Assembly (NCBI RefSeq): GCF_004010195.1
Contig: NC_057718.1
Coordinates: forward strand, 3,888,306 to 3,929,677
DNA length: 41,372 bases
Reading direction: 5' to 3'
Source: Chiloscyllium plagiosum
Lineage: Eukaryota
In this document: positions 1 to 10,895 of the stretch, in pieces
Position numbering within the stretch: the first letter of the stretch is position 1
Layout: each line of letters begins with the position of its first letter
Notes under the pieces: generated by a model
Seen by the model: the letters and a program-made list of their open reading frames with translations, nothing else
What the model was told of the DNA's origin: nothing
Databases searched by the model: none
Program-made: the position numbers and the translations under genes

Positions 1-226
1 GAGTTCAGAAATATTATTTAACACACTGTTTTCTTAAATTATTTCTGTTTTGTTGATTGATTTTTTTTATCTGAATCAGTCACAAATGCATCTCAATCAC
101 TCAGTGTAACAACATGTTCTCTCATTTTAACTTATAACTCCTACCAACCTGTCAGATCCTTTCAAAATGGTAGTTCAGAGAATTTGCTGTTGTGGGAATA
201 AACTTATTGTTACTTTTTTGTTGAAG

Positions 227-571
227 GTATCACTGGTCCAGTCCTTCTCCAGTCTCGGAGCCTAGAACATATCACTAAGGGTCACACTGCCCGGTTACAG
301 TGCACCATGAGGAATGCTGCAGTGACACACACCAATGTTCACTGGTTCCGACTGTCCCCAGAGCAAATTATGGAGCCGGTTTTCACACATCCAGGAAGTA
401 GCTCCACACAATGGTACCCAGGATTCACTGAGCGATTCCAGTCTTCCAGAGACTCCTCCAGTAACAGCTTTTTTCTGACCATCAAAGGAGTGCAGCTCAG
501 TGACAGTGGGGTCTATTACTGCTTCATCTGCGGAAGGATCTATGGGAGAGGAAGCCAGCTCAATATCACCT
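227..571 (+). CDS. Ig V-set exon 1 (germline-joined V-J type) of a non-rearranging receptor
   Basis: Acceptor ttttttgttgaag|227 and donor T|gtaagt at 572; phase 1-1; 345 nt open. Translation (G)ITGPVLLQSRSLEHITKGHTARLQCTMRNAAVTHTNVHWFRLSPEQ...FTERFQSSRDSSSNSFFLTIKGVQLSDSGVYYCFICGRIYGRGSQLNIT has the B-strand Cys, C-strand Trp, DxGxYYC and a J-like YGxGSQL motif. Confidence 0.93.
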
Positions 572-1261
572 GTAAGTAGAGTTTACATGGCAATCTCCTC
601 CAGCAATAACCTCTTACCCAATGAATGAATTGGAGATCAGTTTGTGATCAAGAAGATTGAGGAAGTGACGGAGAGTGATCTCGGGGATGGATTCACTGAG
701 AGGAGGAAGCTGAGCTCAGGTGCAGTAATTTATTTAATTGGTTTGTGAGATGTGGGTGTCACTGGCGGGGCCAGCATTTATTGCCCATCCTTAATTGCCA
801 TTGAGAAGGTGGTACTGAGCTGCCTTCTTGAACCACTGCAGTGACCCATTGGTTGTCATTCCTGGGTTTAGGTCGGGCTCCTACACAACCTATTAAGACC
901 CTGCTAAATGGTCCTTCAAAAGCTGTGATCGGAATTAAAGGTGAAGCTTTAATTGAAGGTTGGAGATTCCCCAAGTCCTGACGTGGACCAGTCTGTCTGG
1001 TAAAATATAAGATCGTTATGTAATCCTGAACAATAAATGTTTTAATATTTTCAACTGTGCGTTCCTCATCCATAAATGACCTGTGATTGACATTTCATGA
1101 GCTAGATAGTAAAATTTCATTCTGGCCCTCAGATGGAGTGACCACCTGATGGACCACTGTTCATTCCTCATCACCTGGCATTTGGGATGGTCTCTATTTC
1201 CTCACTCATACTTTGTCTTTCAAACAATAACACTCAGAGACTGTTTCTGATTCCATTTCTG

Positions 1262-1890
1262 AGGATAAAAACAGAAATTGCTGGAGAGTCTCGGCGAATC
1301 TGGTAGCATCGATGCAGAGAAATCAAAATTAATTTTGCAGGTCCAATGATCCTTGTACAGAACAAATGGCAATGAGGAAAATAATGGTTTTTATATAGAA
1401 GGTGGGGTGGGGAGGATGGTGAAAATAAACAATCGATGGAGATAGAGCCCAGTGTGAGAAAAAAGCTGTTGAACAGACAAAGACGTAGTTAATGGCTAGT
1501 CTGGGGGAATGAGCAGCTGTAGATGGGGAACTAGTGATTTACATTAATGTATGGCAGCTGCCTGAGTAATGATAAGGCCTGGTGTGTGGGGGAGGTGGAA
1601 AGCATGGGAAAGGTGCTCAGTCTCTAAAATTGTTGAACTCGATATTAATTTCAGAAGGCTACAGGGTAACCAATTGGAAAATGAGGTGCTGTTGTTCCAG
1701 CTTGCGCTGAGCTTCAGAAGAACACTGCAGCAAGACTGAGACAGAGATATTAGCCAAGGAACACGATCGTGTATTGGAGTGGCAAGCACCTGGGAGTTTT
1801 TCTGCGTACAGAATGGAGGTGTTCTGAGAAGGGGTCACCCAGTCTGTGTTTCATTTCCTAACTGAAGAGGAGACTACATTGTGAGCAGTG
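1262..1890 (-). mobile_element. Degenerate Penelope-like element 3' end
   Basis: The minus strand has a remnant of the LIF.L.TL.P...NIEF end of the GIY-YIG domain and a pLTR-like tail resembling the other copies. Confidence 0.55.
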
Positions 1891-2248
1891 AATACAGTTT
1901 GTCTCATCACAGAATACTCAGAGGCTTGGATAGAGTGGACGTGGAGAAGATGTTTGTTGGAAAGAGTAGGATCCTGGATATAGCCTTACAGTGAAGGGAT
2001 GATCAATTACAGCTGAGATGAAGAGGAATTTCTTCAGACAAAAGGTGGTAAATCTGTGGAACTCATTGCTGCAGAGAGTTGTAGAGACCAAGTCATTGAG
2101 TATATGTAAGACAGGGATAGATAGGTTCTTATGAGCAAATGAATCAAGGGTTATGGGGAGAGAGCATCTGTCCTTTCTCATTAACTCTAAATTGGAATTC
2201 TCCAGAAAGTTCAGATCAGTTTTAATTTATTCACGTTTTCTCTTAAAG

Positions 2249-2593
2249 GTTCAAATGTCACAGTCTTTCACCAGTCTCCACTTCTGGAACGCATCACCAA
2301 GGATCACACTGTCTGGTTACATTGCACCATGAGGAATGTTGCAGTGGCACGCACCAATGTTCACTGGGACCGGGAGAAACCAGGGGATAAGTTGGAGTGG
2401 GTTTTAACACATGGCATGAGGTACATCACACAATGGAGCCCAGGATTCACTGAGCGATTCCAGTCTTTCAGAGACGCCTCCAATAACAGCTTCATTCTGA
2501 CCATCACAAATGTGCAACCCAATGACGCTATTGTCAATTACTGTAACGTGTGGGAAGATATCAGTGGGAATGGAACCCAGCTGACTGTAGCAG
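2249..2593 (+). CDS. Ig V-set exon 2 (V-J type), paralog of exon 1
   Basis: Acceptor ttttctcttaaag|2249 and donor G|gtaagt at 2594; phase 1-1; 345 nt open. (G)SNVTVFHQSPLLERITKDHTVWLHCTMRNVAVARTNVHWDREKPG...DAIVNYCNVWEDISGNGTQLTVA. Both Cys and the Trp are kept, but WDR and VNYC are non-canonical. Confidence 0.92.
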
Positions 2594-3259
2594 GTAAGTT
2601 CTGTTTACCTTAGAATAATCTGACACAGTAACCATTTCCACATGGATTTATTGGAGAGGAGAATGTGTTAAATTCCTCTGGTAAAGAGAAAGCAGAGAGC
2701 TCAATATAAACATAGAACAATTCTCGGTTTTTACTCATAGATAGAATAAACTGTTTTGCCTCTTGGACCAGTTCCTCAATCTCAAACTCTTTCTCTGTCT
2801 CTCCATTTTTCTGATTCTCCATCTCGTTTGTTCTCAGTGTTGTATTTAACATTCTCCTGTCTCTGTCTGGTTTTGTTTCATTCATTCTTGGGATGGGGCC
2901 ATCACTGGATGGGCTGGTATTTGTCCATTGTGAATGGCCCTTGAGAAGAAATGTCTTCTCTGCCACAGGAAGCAGCTGAGATGAAAACATTGAATGTCTT
3001 CAAGGAAAAATTAGATATACTTCTGAGGACTAAAGGGTTCAAAGGGTAAGGGGAGAACGTGGGAACAAGGGACTGAGTTGGATGATTGGCCATGATTATG
3101 TTGAAATATGTTGCAGGCACAATGGGCTGAATGGCCTACTCCAGGTCCAATTTTGTATGTTTTGAGAAGGTGATGGTGAGCTGCCTTCCTGAGCTGTCGT
3201 GGTCCCCTTGATGTTGCGATACTGGACCCAGTGCCCTGAAGGAACGATGATGATGATAA

Positions 3260-3697
3260 CCGCATATACCTGACTATAAGTTGAGCTTATGTGAAAGTCA
3301 ACCCCCTATTTTTGATCCAAAAATCTGAAATTTTTCATGTATCTCATATAAAATTCAACTCAACTTCTTCACGGTAAAAAGATCAACATTTATGAGCCAA
3401 TGTGCCTGCCCATTACTCTCCACTCTGGCTTTCCAGTCTGTGGCTGTACTATTCCATTCTGGGTCTTCCAGTCCACCAGCCATCATGCTCTGATCCAGAT
3501 TTTCAGAATTACTGTAATTCTTGTGTTTCTTTTCTTTATTCGGTTTGACTTTAGTTTTGCTTCTGCCAATGATATGTTCTGAATTTTGACCAGCATGAAA
3601 TTCAGCCCCTCAAATGTGGTCCCTGTAATAGTCGACCCCATAAATTTAACCATAAAAAGTAGTCAAATAAATCCAAATATTACTTGAGTGTATACGG
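3260..3697. mobile_element. Degenerate non-autonomous Tc1/mariner-superfamily (Tc2/pogo-like) DNA element
   Basis: Imperfect terminal inverted repeats ccgcatatacctgactata... and ...tacttgagtgtatacgg; no ORF. Confidence 0.5.
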
Positions 3698-4546
3698 AAT
3701 GTGTAGACCTACATGCACTTTCCAGTACTGGGAACTGGGATATCGTATGATAGTACCATTCTACTGTAGCAGGCAGAATAGAGACAGTTGTTTTGTGGAT
3801 AAATATTCAATAGTGGCCATAACTCTTTTTATTTTAGTTGGTAAATATTTTATAAAGAGATCTGGCTCTTGTTTGCCCATTTTTTGACTCATAATAAGCA
3901 TGACTTTCATCTCCTTAAGCACAATATTCGTGGAATAGTCAGCTCCCTAATTTCAGCTAAAACAAAACTAAAAGATTTGACTTTTACACAAGTTATACAT
4001 GATATTTCCAAGTCAGGATAGTGAGTGCCCTGGAGGGGAACCTGTAAGAGATGCTGTCCCATGTACCTGCTCCCTTTGTCCTTTCAGATGGCAGAGAAGC
4101 TGCTGTTGGAGAGGTTTTGGTGAGTTACAGAAGGGTATCTTGTAGATGGTAACCACAGTCTATCAGTATAAAAGAGCGTGAACATTGAAGGTGTGAGTTG
4201 TGGCGCCAATCAGGCATCTGCTTTCTTCTGGATGGCATGAAGCTTCTTGAGTGTTGTTGGAGCTGCACCCATCCAGGCAAGTTGTACCATCACCTTCCTG
4301 ATTTCTGCTTTGTCGATAGATGGTAGGCAGGCTATGGGAGTCAGAGTGTGAGTTACTCACCTTGACTTGCTCTTGTAGCCACAGTATTTATTAACTGCTC
4401 CAGTTAATGGACAGGTTAGTGTGGGCGTTGTTGGAGCTGCACCCATCCAGGCAAGTTGTTCCATCATCCTCCTGATTTCTGCTTTGTCGCTAGATAGTTA
4501 AAAATCAAACAACACCAGATTGTAGTCCAACAGGTTTATTTAGAAG

Positions 4547-4581
4547 CACTAGCTTTCAGAGTGCTGCTCCTTCATCAGGTG
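4547..4581 (-). ncRNA. Minimal hammerhead ribozyme motif of a second pLTR family
   Basis: Reverse complement CAC-CTGATGA-A-GGAG-CAGCA-CTCT-GAAA-GCTA-GTG: stem I CAC/GTG, palindrome AGCT, CUA triplet. Confidence 0.65.
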
Positions 4582-6078
4582 GATGTGGAGTATGAGATTG
4601 TAAGACACAGAATTTGTTCCTCATTCCCAGATTGCCCTCAAACGGAGTCATTTACCTGTTCATTTCAGAGGGCAATTAGATAAAACCAAATTGCTGTGAG
4701 TCTGGAGTCACATGTGGACCAGACCAGGTAAGGATGGCAGATTTCCTTCCCTGAAGAGATTAGTGAACCAAATAGGTTTTTACAAGAATTGATGGGAACA
4801 TCAGGAAGTAAGGTGATATGTTTCCAGCTCTCAGCCTGGAATTGTTGACTCGTTTGTGAGTAAATTCAATAAAGAACAAACAGTTGGTGCCTTGTTTGTA
4901 GAGACTGTTACCCATTGGAGGTCTGGATGACTCAGTAATTATCTAATGCTGTGTTCACGTTGTGAAGGGCTTGGTGCCGAGGCTGCACACAGGAGCTCAA
5001 CATTACTCCATCAACCTGTATTTATCTTTAATTTGAGAGTTTAACAGAATACAAAGAGATTTGTTTCGTACGGGCTTGTATTCCACAGACATTCACTTCC
5101 ATGAGTCAGTTCCACATTAAAACTGGATCTGTTTCTCAATGTCATTTAAACTGAGGGTTAAACTGGGGTCCAGTGTAACTCATTAAGATGTGAGTAATTT
5201 ATCCAGGAAATTTCAAACTCTCAGCTCTCAAGACTTTGGCCGTCATTTCCCACAAGCCTCTGCAGCTCCTGTTCTGCTCAATCACACTCCCACTTCCCCC
5301 TCTGATGTCCTTGTCCTGAGCTAAACCCTTCCTCCCCCCCACCCTGGTTACTCCCCTTCTTATGACTCTCATTCACTCCCTTACTCCAAGAGACACAGAC
5401 AGGAACATAGGTACAGGAGTAGACCATTCAGCCCATCATGCCTGCTTCACCATTCAATTAAATGATGAGTGATCTGATATTAATCTCAACTCTACATTCC
5501 TATATATCCCTGTTCACCTTTCACCCCTGAGTCATCAAGAACTCCCCCCACCCCGCCTTAAAATCACAGAAACATTCCAGTGCAGAAGGAGACCATTCAG
5601 CCCATCCTGTCTGCACTGACTCTTCAAATGAGCATCATTCCCGACTGCCAATGTCCTCCTCTCTCCCTACAGCCTTGCACACTGTTAGGATTCAGAATCG
5701 AATGGAGCAACAGTGAATCAGAGAGGGTGTCCTCAGGGACCACCGATTACAGGCTGTTTGAAACTTTCAACCTTTTCTTTTCAGTTTTCAGTGAGGATGA
5801 AACTTTTTAAATGGCTGCTCAGTCTATTCCAATCAGTCAGCTGTGACCATTGTGAAATTCTCCTCTTGATAGTTTATTCACAAAATGAATCACAGCAGCA
5901 AATTGGAAAGCATTCAACTGATGGATATGTTTCAAATCATTCCCCCTCAAATTACAAACATCAATATCCACACAGGAAGCTTCAGTTCATCCTCTGCAAA
6001 TCATCATTAAACCAGGAAGAGATTTTATAAAATGTTACAATTCCAATTATATTATTTTTTTCTCTTCAAAATAAACAG

Positions 6079-6426
6079 ACCCATTGGCTGATCCAGTCCT
6101 CTTTCAGGATCCAATGGTCAGCAAGGTAGCAGAGGGTGAAACTGCCGAGTTCCAGTGTGCCATGCACAATGCCAGTGTGATTGACATTGATGTCCACTGA
6201 CACTACCAGTGACCTGCCAGCAACAGGGAGTGGGTGATAAGCCACTTTGTGAATGGCACCCTCACCAAGACCCAGGATTTCCACGCCCATGTTCAGCTCT
6301 CCAGGAACGTCAGCAGGAACAGTTATATTCTGAGCCTTGTGAATGTGACTCTCAATGATACTGCTGTGTACAGCAGCAGTGTGTGGAGCTACATTTATGG
6401 AGCAGGGAGCCAGCTCAATGTAACTG
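6079..6426 (+). pseudogene. Disabled Ig V-set exon 3 (V-J type)
   Basis: Acceptor aaacag|6079 and donor G|gtaagt at 6427; phase 1-1. PLADPVLFQDPMVSKVAEGETAEFQCAMHNASVIDIDVH*HYQ*PASNREWV...DTAVYSSSVWSYIYGAGSQLNVT. TGA at 6198-6200 replaces the conserved Trp, a second TGA is at 6210-6212, and the F-strand Cys codon is AGC (6375-6377). Confidence 0.9.
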
Positions 6427-6969
6427 GTAAGTCAATGGGAGGGAACATTGGTGTGAACAGGGAAGGGAGCCCCTGGCTGCTGTGCTTCATCAGTGGAAGG
6501 GCAGAATGGTCATCAAGGCCAGGTATTCCCAAGGCAGTATGGGGAGTGGCTTGAAGGGAAACCTGCAGGGGGTGGTATTCCCATATATCTGCTGTCCTGT
6601 CCTTCTAGATGAATTTGGAAGATGATTTCTGAGGATCTTTGGTGAATTTCTGCAGTGTATCTTGCAGATAGTGTATAGTAGGGAGTCAGTGGTGGAGGGA
6701 GTGGATGGTTGTGGATTTGGTGCCAGTCAAGTCAGCTGCTTTGTCCTGGATGGTGTCAAGCTTCTTGAGTGTTGTTGGAGTTGCTCCCATCCAGGCAAGT
6801 GGGGAATATTCCATCACACCCCTGACTTGTGCCTTGTTGATAGTGGACAGGCTTTGGTGAATCAGGAGGGGAGTTACTGTCCCGAGGAGCTCAAAATTAA
6901 TGTTGTAGACAATCTTAAACATTGTTCAGAGCGGAGTGACTGTGTGTGTAATATTCTGATATTTTATAG

Positions 6970-7120
6970 AAGAATCTTCCCATGGTATTCCCCTGACTTC
7001 AGATCCCATTTTAATCATTTGCACCATTCTGGGCCTCGTTGTCTTGATCTGCATTGTCCTGCTCACATTTTACCTTCGGAAACAAAAGCTGTGTTCATCA
7101 GTAAAGGACTCCACACAAGG
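6970..7120 (+). CDS. Stalk + transmembrane + juxtamembrane exon
   Basis: Acceptor attttatag|6970, donor GG|gtaaat at 7121; phase 1-2. EESSHGIPLTSDP-ILIICTILGLVVLICIVLLTFYL-RKQKLCSSVKDSTQG: a 23-aa hydrophobic run with no charged residue, followed by a basic stop-transfer. Confidence 0.88.
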
Positions 7121-7228
7121 GTAAATCTCATTTCAGGAGAAAGTGAGGTCTGCAGATGCTGGAGATCAAAGTTGAAACTTTATTGCTGGAACAGCACAGC
7201 AGGTCAGGCAGCATCCAGGGAACAGGAG

Positions 7229-7264
7229 ATTCGACGTTTCGGGCAGAGGCCCTTCTTCAGGAAT
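7229..7264 (-). ncRNA. Minimal hammerhead ribozyme motif (inverted arm copy)
   Basis: Reverse complement ATTC-CTGAAGA-A-GGGC-CTCT-GCCC-GAAA-CGTC-GAAT. Confidence 0.8.
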
Positions 7265-8015
7265 GAGCAGAGAGTGTTCAGCAGGAGAAGATAAAAGGTA
7301 GGGAGGAGGGACTTGGAGGAGGGGCGTTGGAAATGTGATAGGTGGAAAGAGGTCAAGGTGAGGGTGATAGGTCGGAGTAGGATGGAGGCGGAGAGGTCAA
7401 GAAGAAGACTGCAGGTCAGGAAGGCGGTGCCGGGCTGGAGGGATTCCCACTCCACCGAGGATATGCAGGTCATTGGACATATCCGCCACAGATTCACCTG
7501 CACCTCCACCCACATCATCTACTGCATCCGCTGCAGCCGGTGTGGCCTCCTCTATATTGGGGAGACAGGCCGCCTACTTGCGGAGCGATTCAGAGAGCAC
7601 CTCTGGGCCACCCGGACGAACCAACCCAACCACCCTGTAGCACAGCATTTCAACTCCCCCTCCCACTCCACCGAGGATATGCAGGTCATTGGACTCATCC
7701 ACCGCCAAACCACAACAACCCGACGGTCGGAGGAGGAGCGTCTTATCTTCCGACTGGGAACCCTCCAACCAAAGGGGATGAACTTGGACTTCACCAGTTT
7801 CTTCATCCCCCCTCCCCCCACCTTGTCTCAGCCGAATCCCTCCAGCCCGGCACCGCCCTCCTGACCTGCAGTCTTCTTCTTGACCTCTCCGCCTCCATCC
7901 TACTCCGACCTATCACCCTCACCTTGACCTCTTTCCACCTATCACATTTCCAACGCCCCTCCTCCAAGTCCCTCCTCCCTACCTTTTATCTTCTCCTGCT
8001 GAACACTCTCTGCTC

Positions 8016-8051
8016 ATTCCTGAAGAAGGGCCTGTGCCCGAAACGTCGAAT
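8016..8051 (+). ncRNA. Minimal hammerhead ribozyme motif in Penelope pLTR
   Basis: ATTC-CTGAAGA-A-GGGC-CTGT-GCCC-GAAA-CGTC-GAAT: CUGAnGA and GAAA core, stem II GGGC/GCCC, stem I ATTC/GAAT, GUC cleavage triplet, palindromic ACGT at stem III. Confidence 0.8.
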
Positions 8052-8340
8052 CTCCTGTTCCCTGGATGCTGCCTGACCTGCTGTAAATCTCATTTCATCT
8101 TGGGTTTGATTCTATCACTGCTTTGTTATTGTTTTCGACCTGTTTTTGGTGAGTGCTGATATTTCCACGGCAGTGTACAGGTCCATTGTAAATGGTGGGT
8201 CAGTGACTATTGAAACCATCCCACACATCCAGATGTCCAATCACTGCCAGTTTTCTCCATCTCTAGTATCACATGTCCTCCAGTGTCAGGCCACAGGTAC
8301 CTGCTGCTGACGGTCAGAAAACTTTGAATGGCTCAAGTGT

Positions 8341-8700
8341 GGGTGGCACGGTGGCTCAGTTGATTAGCACTGCTGCCTCATAGTGCCAGGGACCTCTGGG
8401 TTAGATTCCCACATCAGGCGACTGTCTATGTGGAGTTTTTATATTCTCCTGATGTCTGCGTGGGTTTCCTTTGGCTGCTCCGGTTTCCTCCCACAATCCA
8501 AAGATGTGCAGGTTAGGTGAATTGGTGTGCTAAATTTCCCATAGTGTTCAGCGATGTGTAAGTTAGATGCATTAGCCAGGTGTAAATGTAGAGTAATAAG
8601 GTTGGGGAATGAGTCTGGGTGGGTTACTCTTTGGAGTGTTGGCATGGACTTGGGTCTGAGGACCTGTTTCCACACTGTAGTAATTCTATGATTCTATAAT
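8341..8700 (+). mobile_element. tRNA-derived SINE (elasmobranch HE1/V-SINE type)
   Basis: gggtggcacggtggctcagt A-box head, central tctgcgtgggtttcc...ggtttcctcccacaatccaaagatgtgcaggttagg domain, short-repeat tail. Confidence 0.85.
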
Positions 8701-9956
8701 TCATTAGACATCACACACAAGACCCCCAGTAGGTACAAGATCATTACCCACTAAGCCCAGAGTCAGGGTCTGCCTTAGTGCTGGGGGGGTTTGCTGGCAG
8801 CACAGCGCCTCCTGCTGCGAAGACCAAGGGAGTGTCAGACCACTCAGTTTAACAGCCCATGCTGGCCTTTGACTTCCACATCACATTTACTTCCACACAG
8901 CCCAAATCACACTTCCTTGACCTGCTCTCTCTTCCATTCGATCCCCTTTATCCTCACACCCCTCTCCAATCGAATTCTGAATGTTGATATTTTTATTTCA
9001 TTCACGGGATGAAGATGTTGCTGGGTAGGCCAGCACTTATTGCCCATCTATAATTGCCCAGAAGGCAGTTAAGTACCAGCCACTTTGTTGTGGGTCTGGA
9101 GTTACATGTAGGTCACACCAGGTAAGGATGGCAGTTTACTTCCCTGAGTGAACCAGATGATTTTTTCCAATAATCGACAATGGATTCAAGGTCATCATTA
9201 AACTTTTAATTCCAGATTCTGTTGCATTCGGGTTCTACTTTCTGTTATATTGGGATTCAAACCCAGGTCCCAGGACATGACCTGAATCTCGGGATGAACA
9301 GTCTAACAATAAAACCACTGGACCATCATATTGATCTTACACCTGCTGTTAGTCTGAAGTGATTCCCAAAGCCTCCTCACCCTCTGGGTGTAGGGATTTC
9401 CCGAGTGTCTGAAACTCAAGATTTTCTGTTGTATTTTGTATCCATGATGCCTTGTTCTTCACCCCCTCGATAGTCTGTTTCCATCTCATTCATTGCCCCT
9501 TGAAAGAGTTTTTAAGACTTTGATTGCAGCCCTGAAAAATGGGTTCATCCGATGATATAACGACATTCTGAAGTCTTTATCGGGATTTGCGTCGCGGGCA
9601 GCATCTCAGTGAGTTGGGTGCAGCTCTCTCCCTCAGTACTTTTTCTCTCTGAAACAGCTGAATGTGCAGCAAGTTTCTTGAAGAAATCTCTCCCTTCCAC
9701 AGTTGGAAACTACAACAATTTGGCAAAGTGGCCCAGAATGCCCTGTGATTTTGTTCAAATTCTTCCATTTGTTGTTCACACAAATTCTGCTCTTTTTAAC
9801 AAATGTTCAAAGTTGTTCGATTATCCTTTCACCTTGAAGCTAGTCTCAAATGCTCACGATGAAAAGTGTAAAATCCCATTAGCCTAGAGAATGTGAAGAT
9901 TATAATGTTGTTCTGTGGTAAATGTGCAATAAATTTAATATGTGGCATTTATTTAG

Positions 9957-10000
9957 GAGCTCTGTTGAAGACCAGAATGCTGTGTATGAAAATGTAAATA
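9957..10000 (+). CDS. Cytoplasmic exon 1 (SSVEDQNAVYENVN)
   Basis: atttatttag|G...AAT A|gtaagc; 44 nt; phase 2-1, matching the TM exon upstream and the next exon; contains a YENV tyrosine motif. Confidence 0.75.
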
Positions 10001-10059
10001 GTAAGCAAGCTAAATCCATCATTATCGCAATTTTTGACAGGTATTACTCTCTTCTCCAA

Positions 10060-10895
10060 ATTTCCTTTTTACACAGCCATCAAAAACAGACCCCACCACC
10101 AGGGATATAATTCCCTCCCCACCCCATCTGCTTTTCAGAGAGACCATTCCCTCTATGACTCCCTTGTCAGGCCCATGCCACCCACCAACCCATCCTTCCC
10201 TGCCGGCGCCTTCCCCTGCCACTGCAGGAAGTGCAAAAGCTCCCTCCTCACCTCTGTCCAAGGCCCCAAAAGAACCATACACATTTGATAGAAATTTACC
10301 TGTACTTCCATACGTCATCTGCTGCATCTGATGTGGTCTTCTCTACACTGGGGAGACAGGACGCCAACTTGCAGATCATTTCAGAGAACATCTTTGGGAC
10401 ACCCGCACAAACCAATCCCACTGCCCTGTAGCTGAGCACTTTAACTACCCCTCCCATTCCACTATGGACTTGCAGGTCCTGGGACTCCTCCATTGCCAAA
10501 CCCTCACCAGCTGACACCTGGAGGAAGAAAATCTCATCTTCCTCCTTGGGACCCTCCAACAACATGGCATCAATGTGGATTTCACCAGTTTCCTCATTTT
10601 GCCTTCCCCCACCTTATCCCAGTCCCAACCTTCCAACTTGACACCATCCTCTTGAACTATCCTACCTGTCCATCTTCTTTCTCACCTATCTGCTCCACCC
10701 TCCTCTCCAATCTATCACGTTCACTCCCACCTTCATCTACCTATCGTATTCCCCGCCCCAAACCCCCTCCCATTTATCTCTCAGCCCCCTTGGCCCACAA
10801 GCCTCATTCCTGATGAAGAGCTTTTGCTCAAAACATCAATTCATCTGCTGCTTCGATGCTGTCTAACCGGCTGTGCTTTTCCAGCACCACACTCT
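10060..10895 (+). mobile_element. Degenerate Penelope-like element (GIY-YIG region + pLTR)
   Basis: Homologous to 7480-8084 (ctctacactggggagacagga; ctcatcttcctccttgggaccctccaac), with frameshifts and a decayed hammerhead at 10806-10841. Confidence 0.85.

Larger units (their letters stand above)
7136..8082 (+). mobile_element. Young 5'-truncated Penelope-like retroelement with inverted pseudo-LTR arms and GIY-YIG endonuclease fragment
   Basis: IIYCIRCSRCGLLYIGETGRLLAERFREH...HF...EERLIFRLGTLQPKGMN is a GIY-YIG domain. Inverted arms at 7196-7446 and 7834-8084. Flanked by a 15-bp direct repeat gtaaatctcatttca (7121-7135, 8083-8097). Confidence 0.92.

Noticed and set aside
4253-4497. About 70-bp direct repeat (4253-4323, 4427-4497)
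   Set aside because: Local duplication within an old LINE fragment also seen near 6770; no sign of function.
6198-6212. Two in-frame TGA codons as selenocysteine or readthrough
   Set aside because: Each is one transition from TGG or CGA, the domain has also lost a core Cys, and no SECIS was recognised.
227-6426. Rearranging Ig/TCR V segments or a processed pseudogene
   Set aside because: No RSS seen, no leader before each V, J motif and splice donor inside each exon, no C exon, and introns are present.
6662-8076. Long ORFs 6662-7294, 7313-7864 and 7540-8076 as host genes
   Set aside because: They are chimeric readings through repeat sequence and Penelope arms; the real TM exon is in another frame.
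8341-8420. tRNA gene
   Set aside because: The A/B-box head continues into a SINE body found four times in the window.
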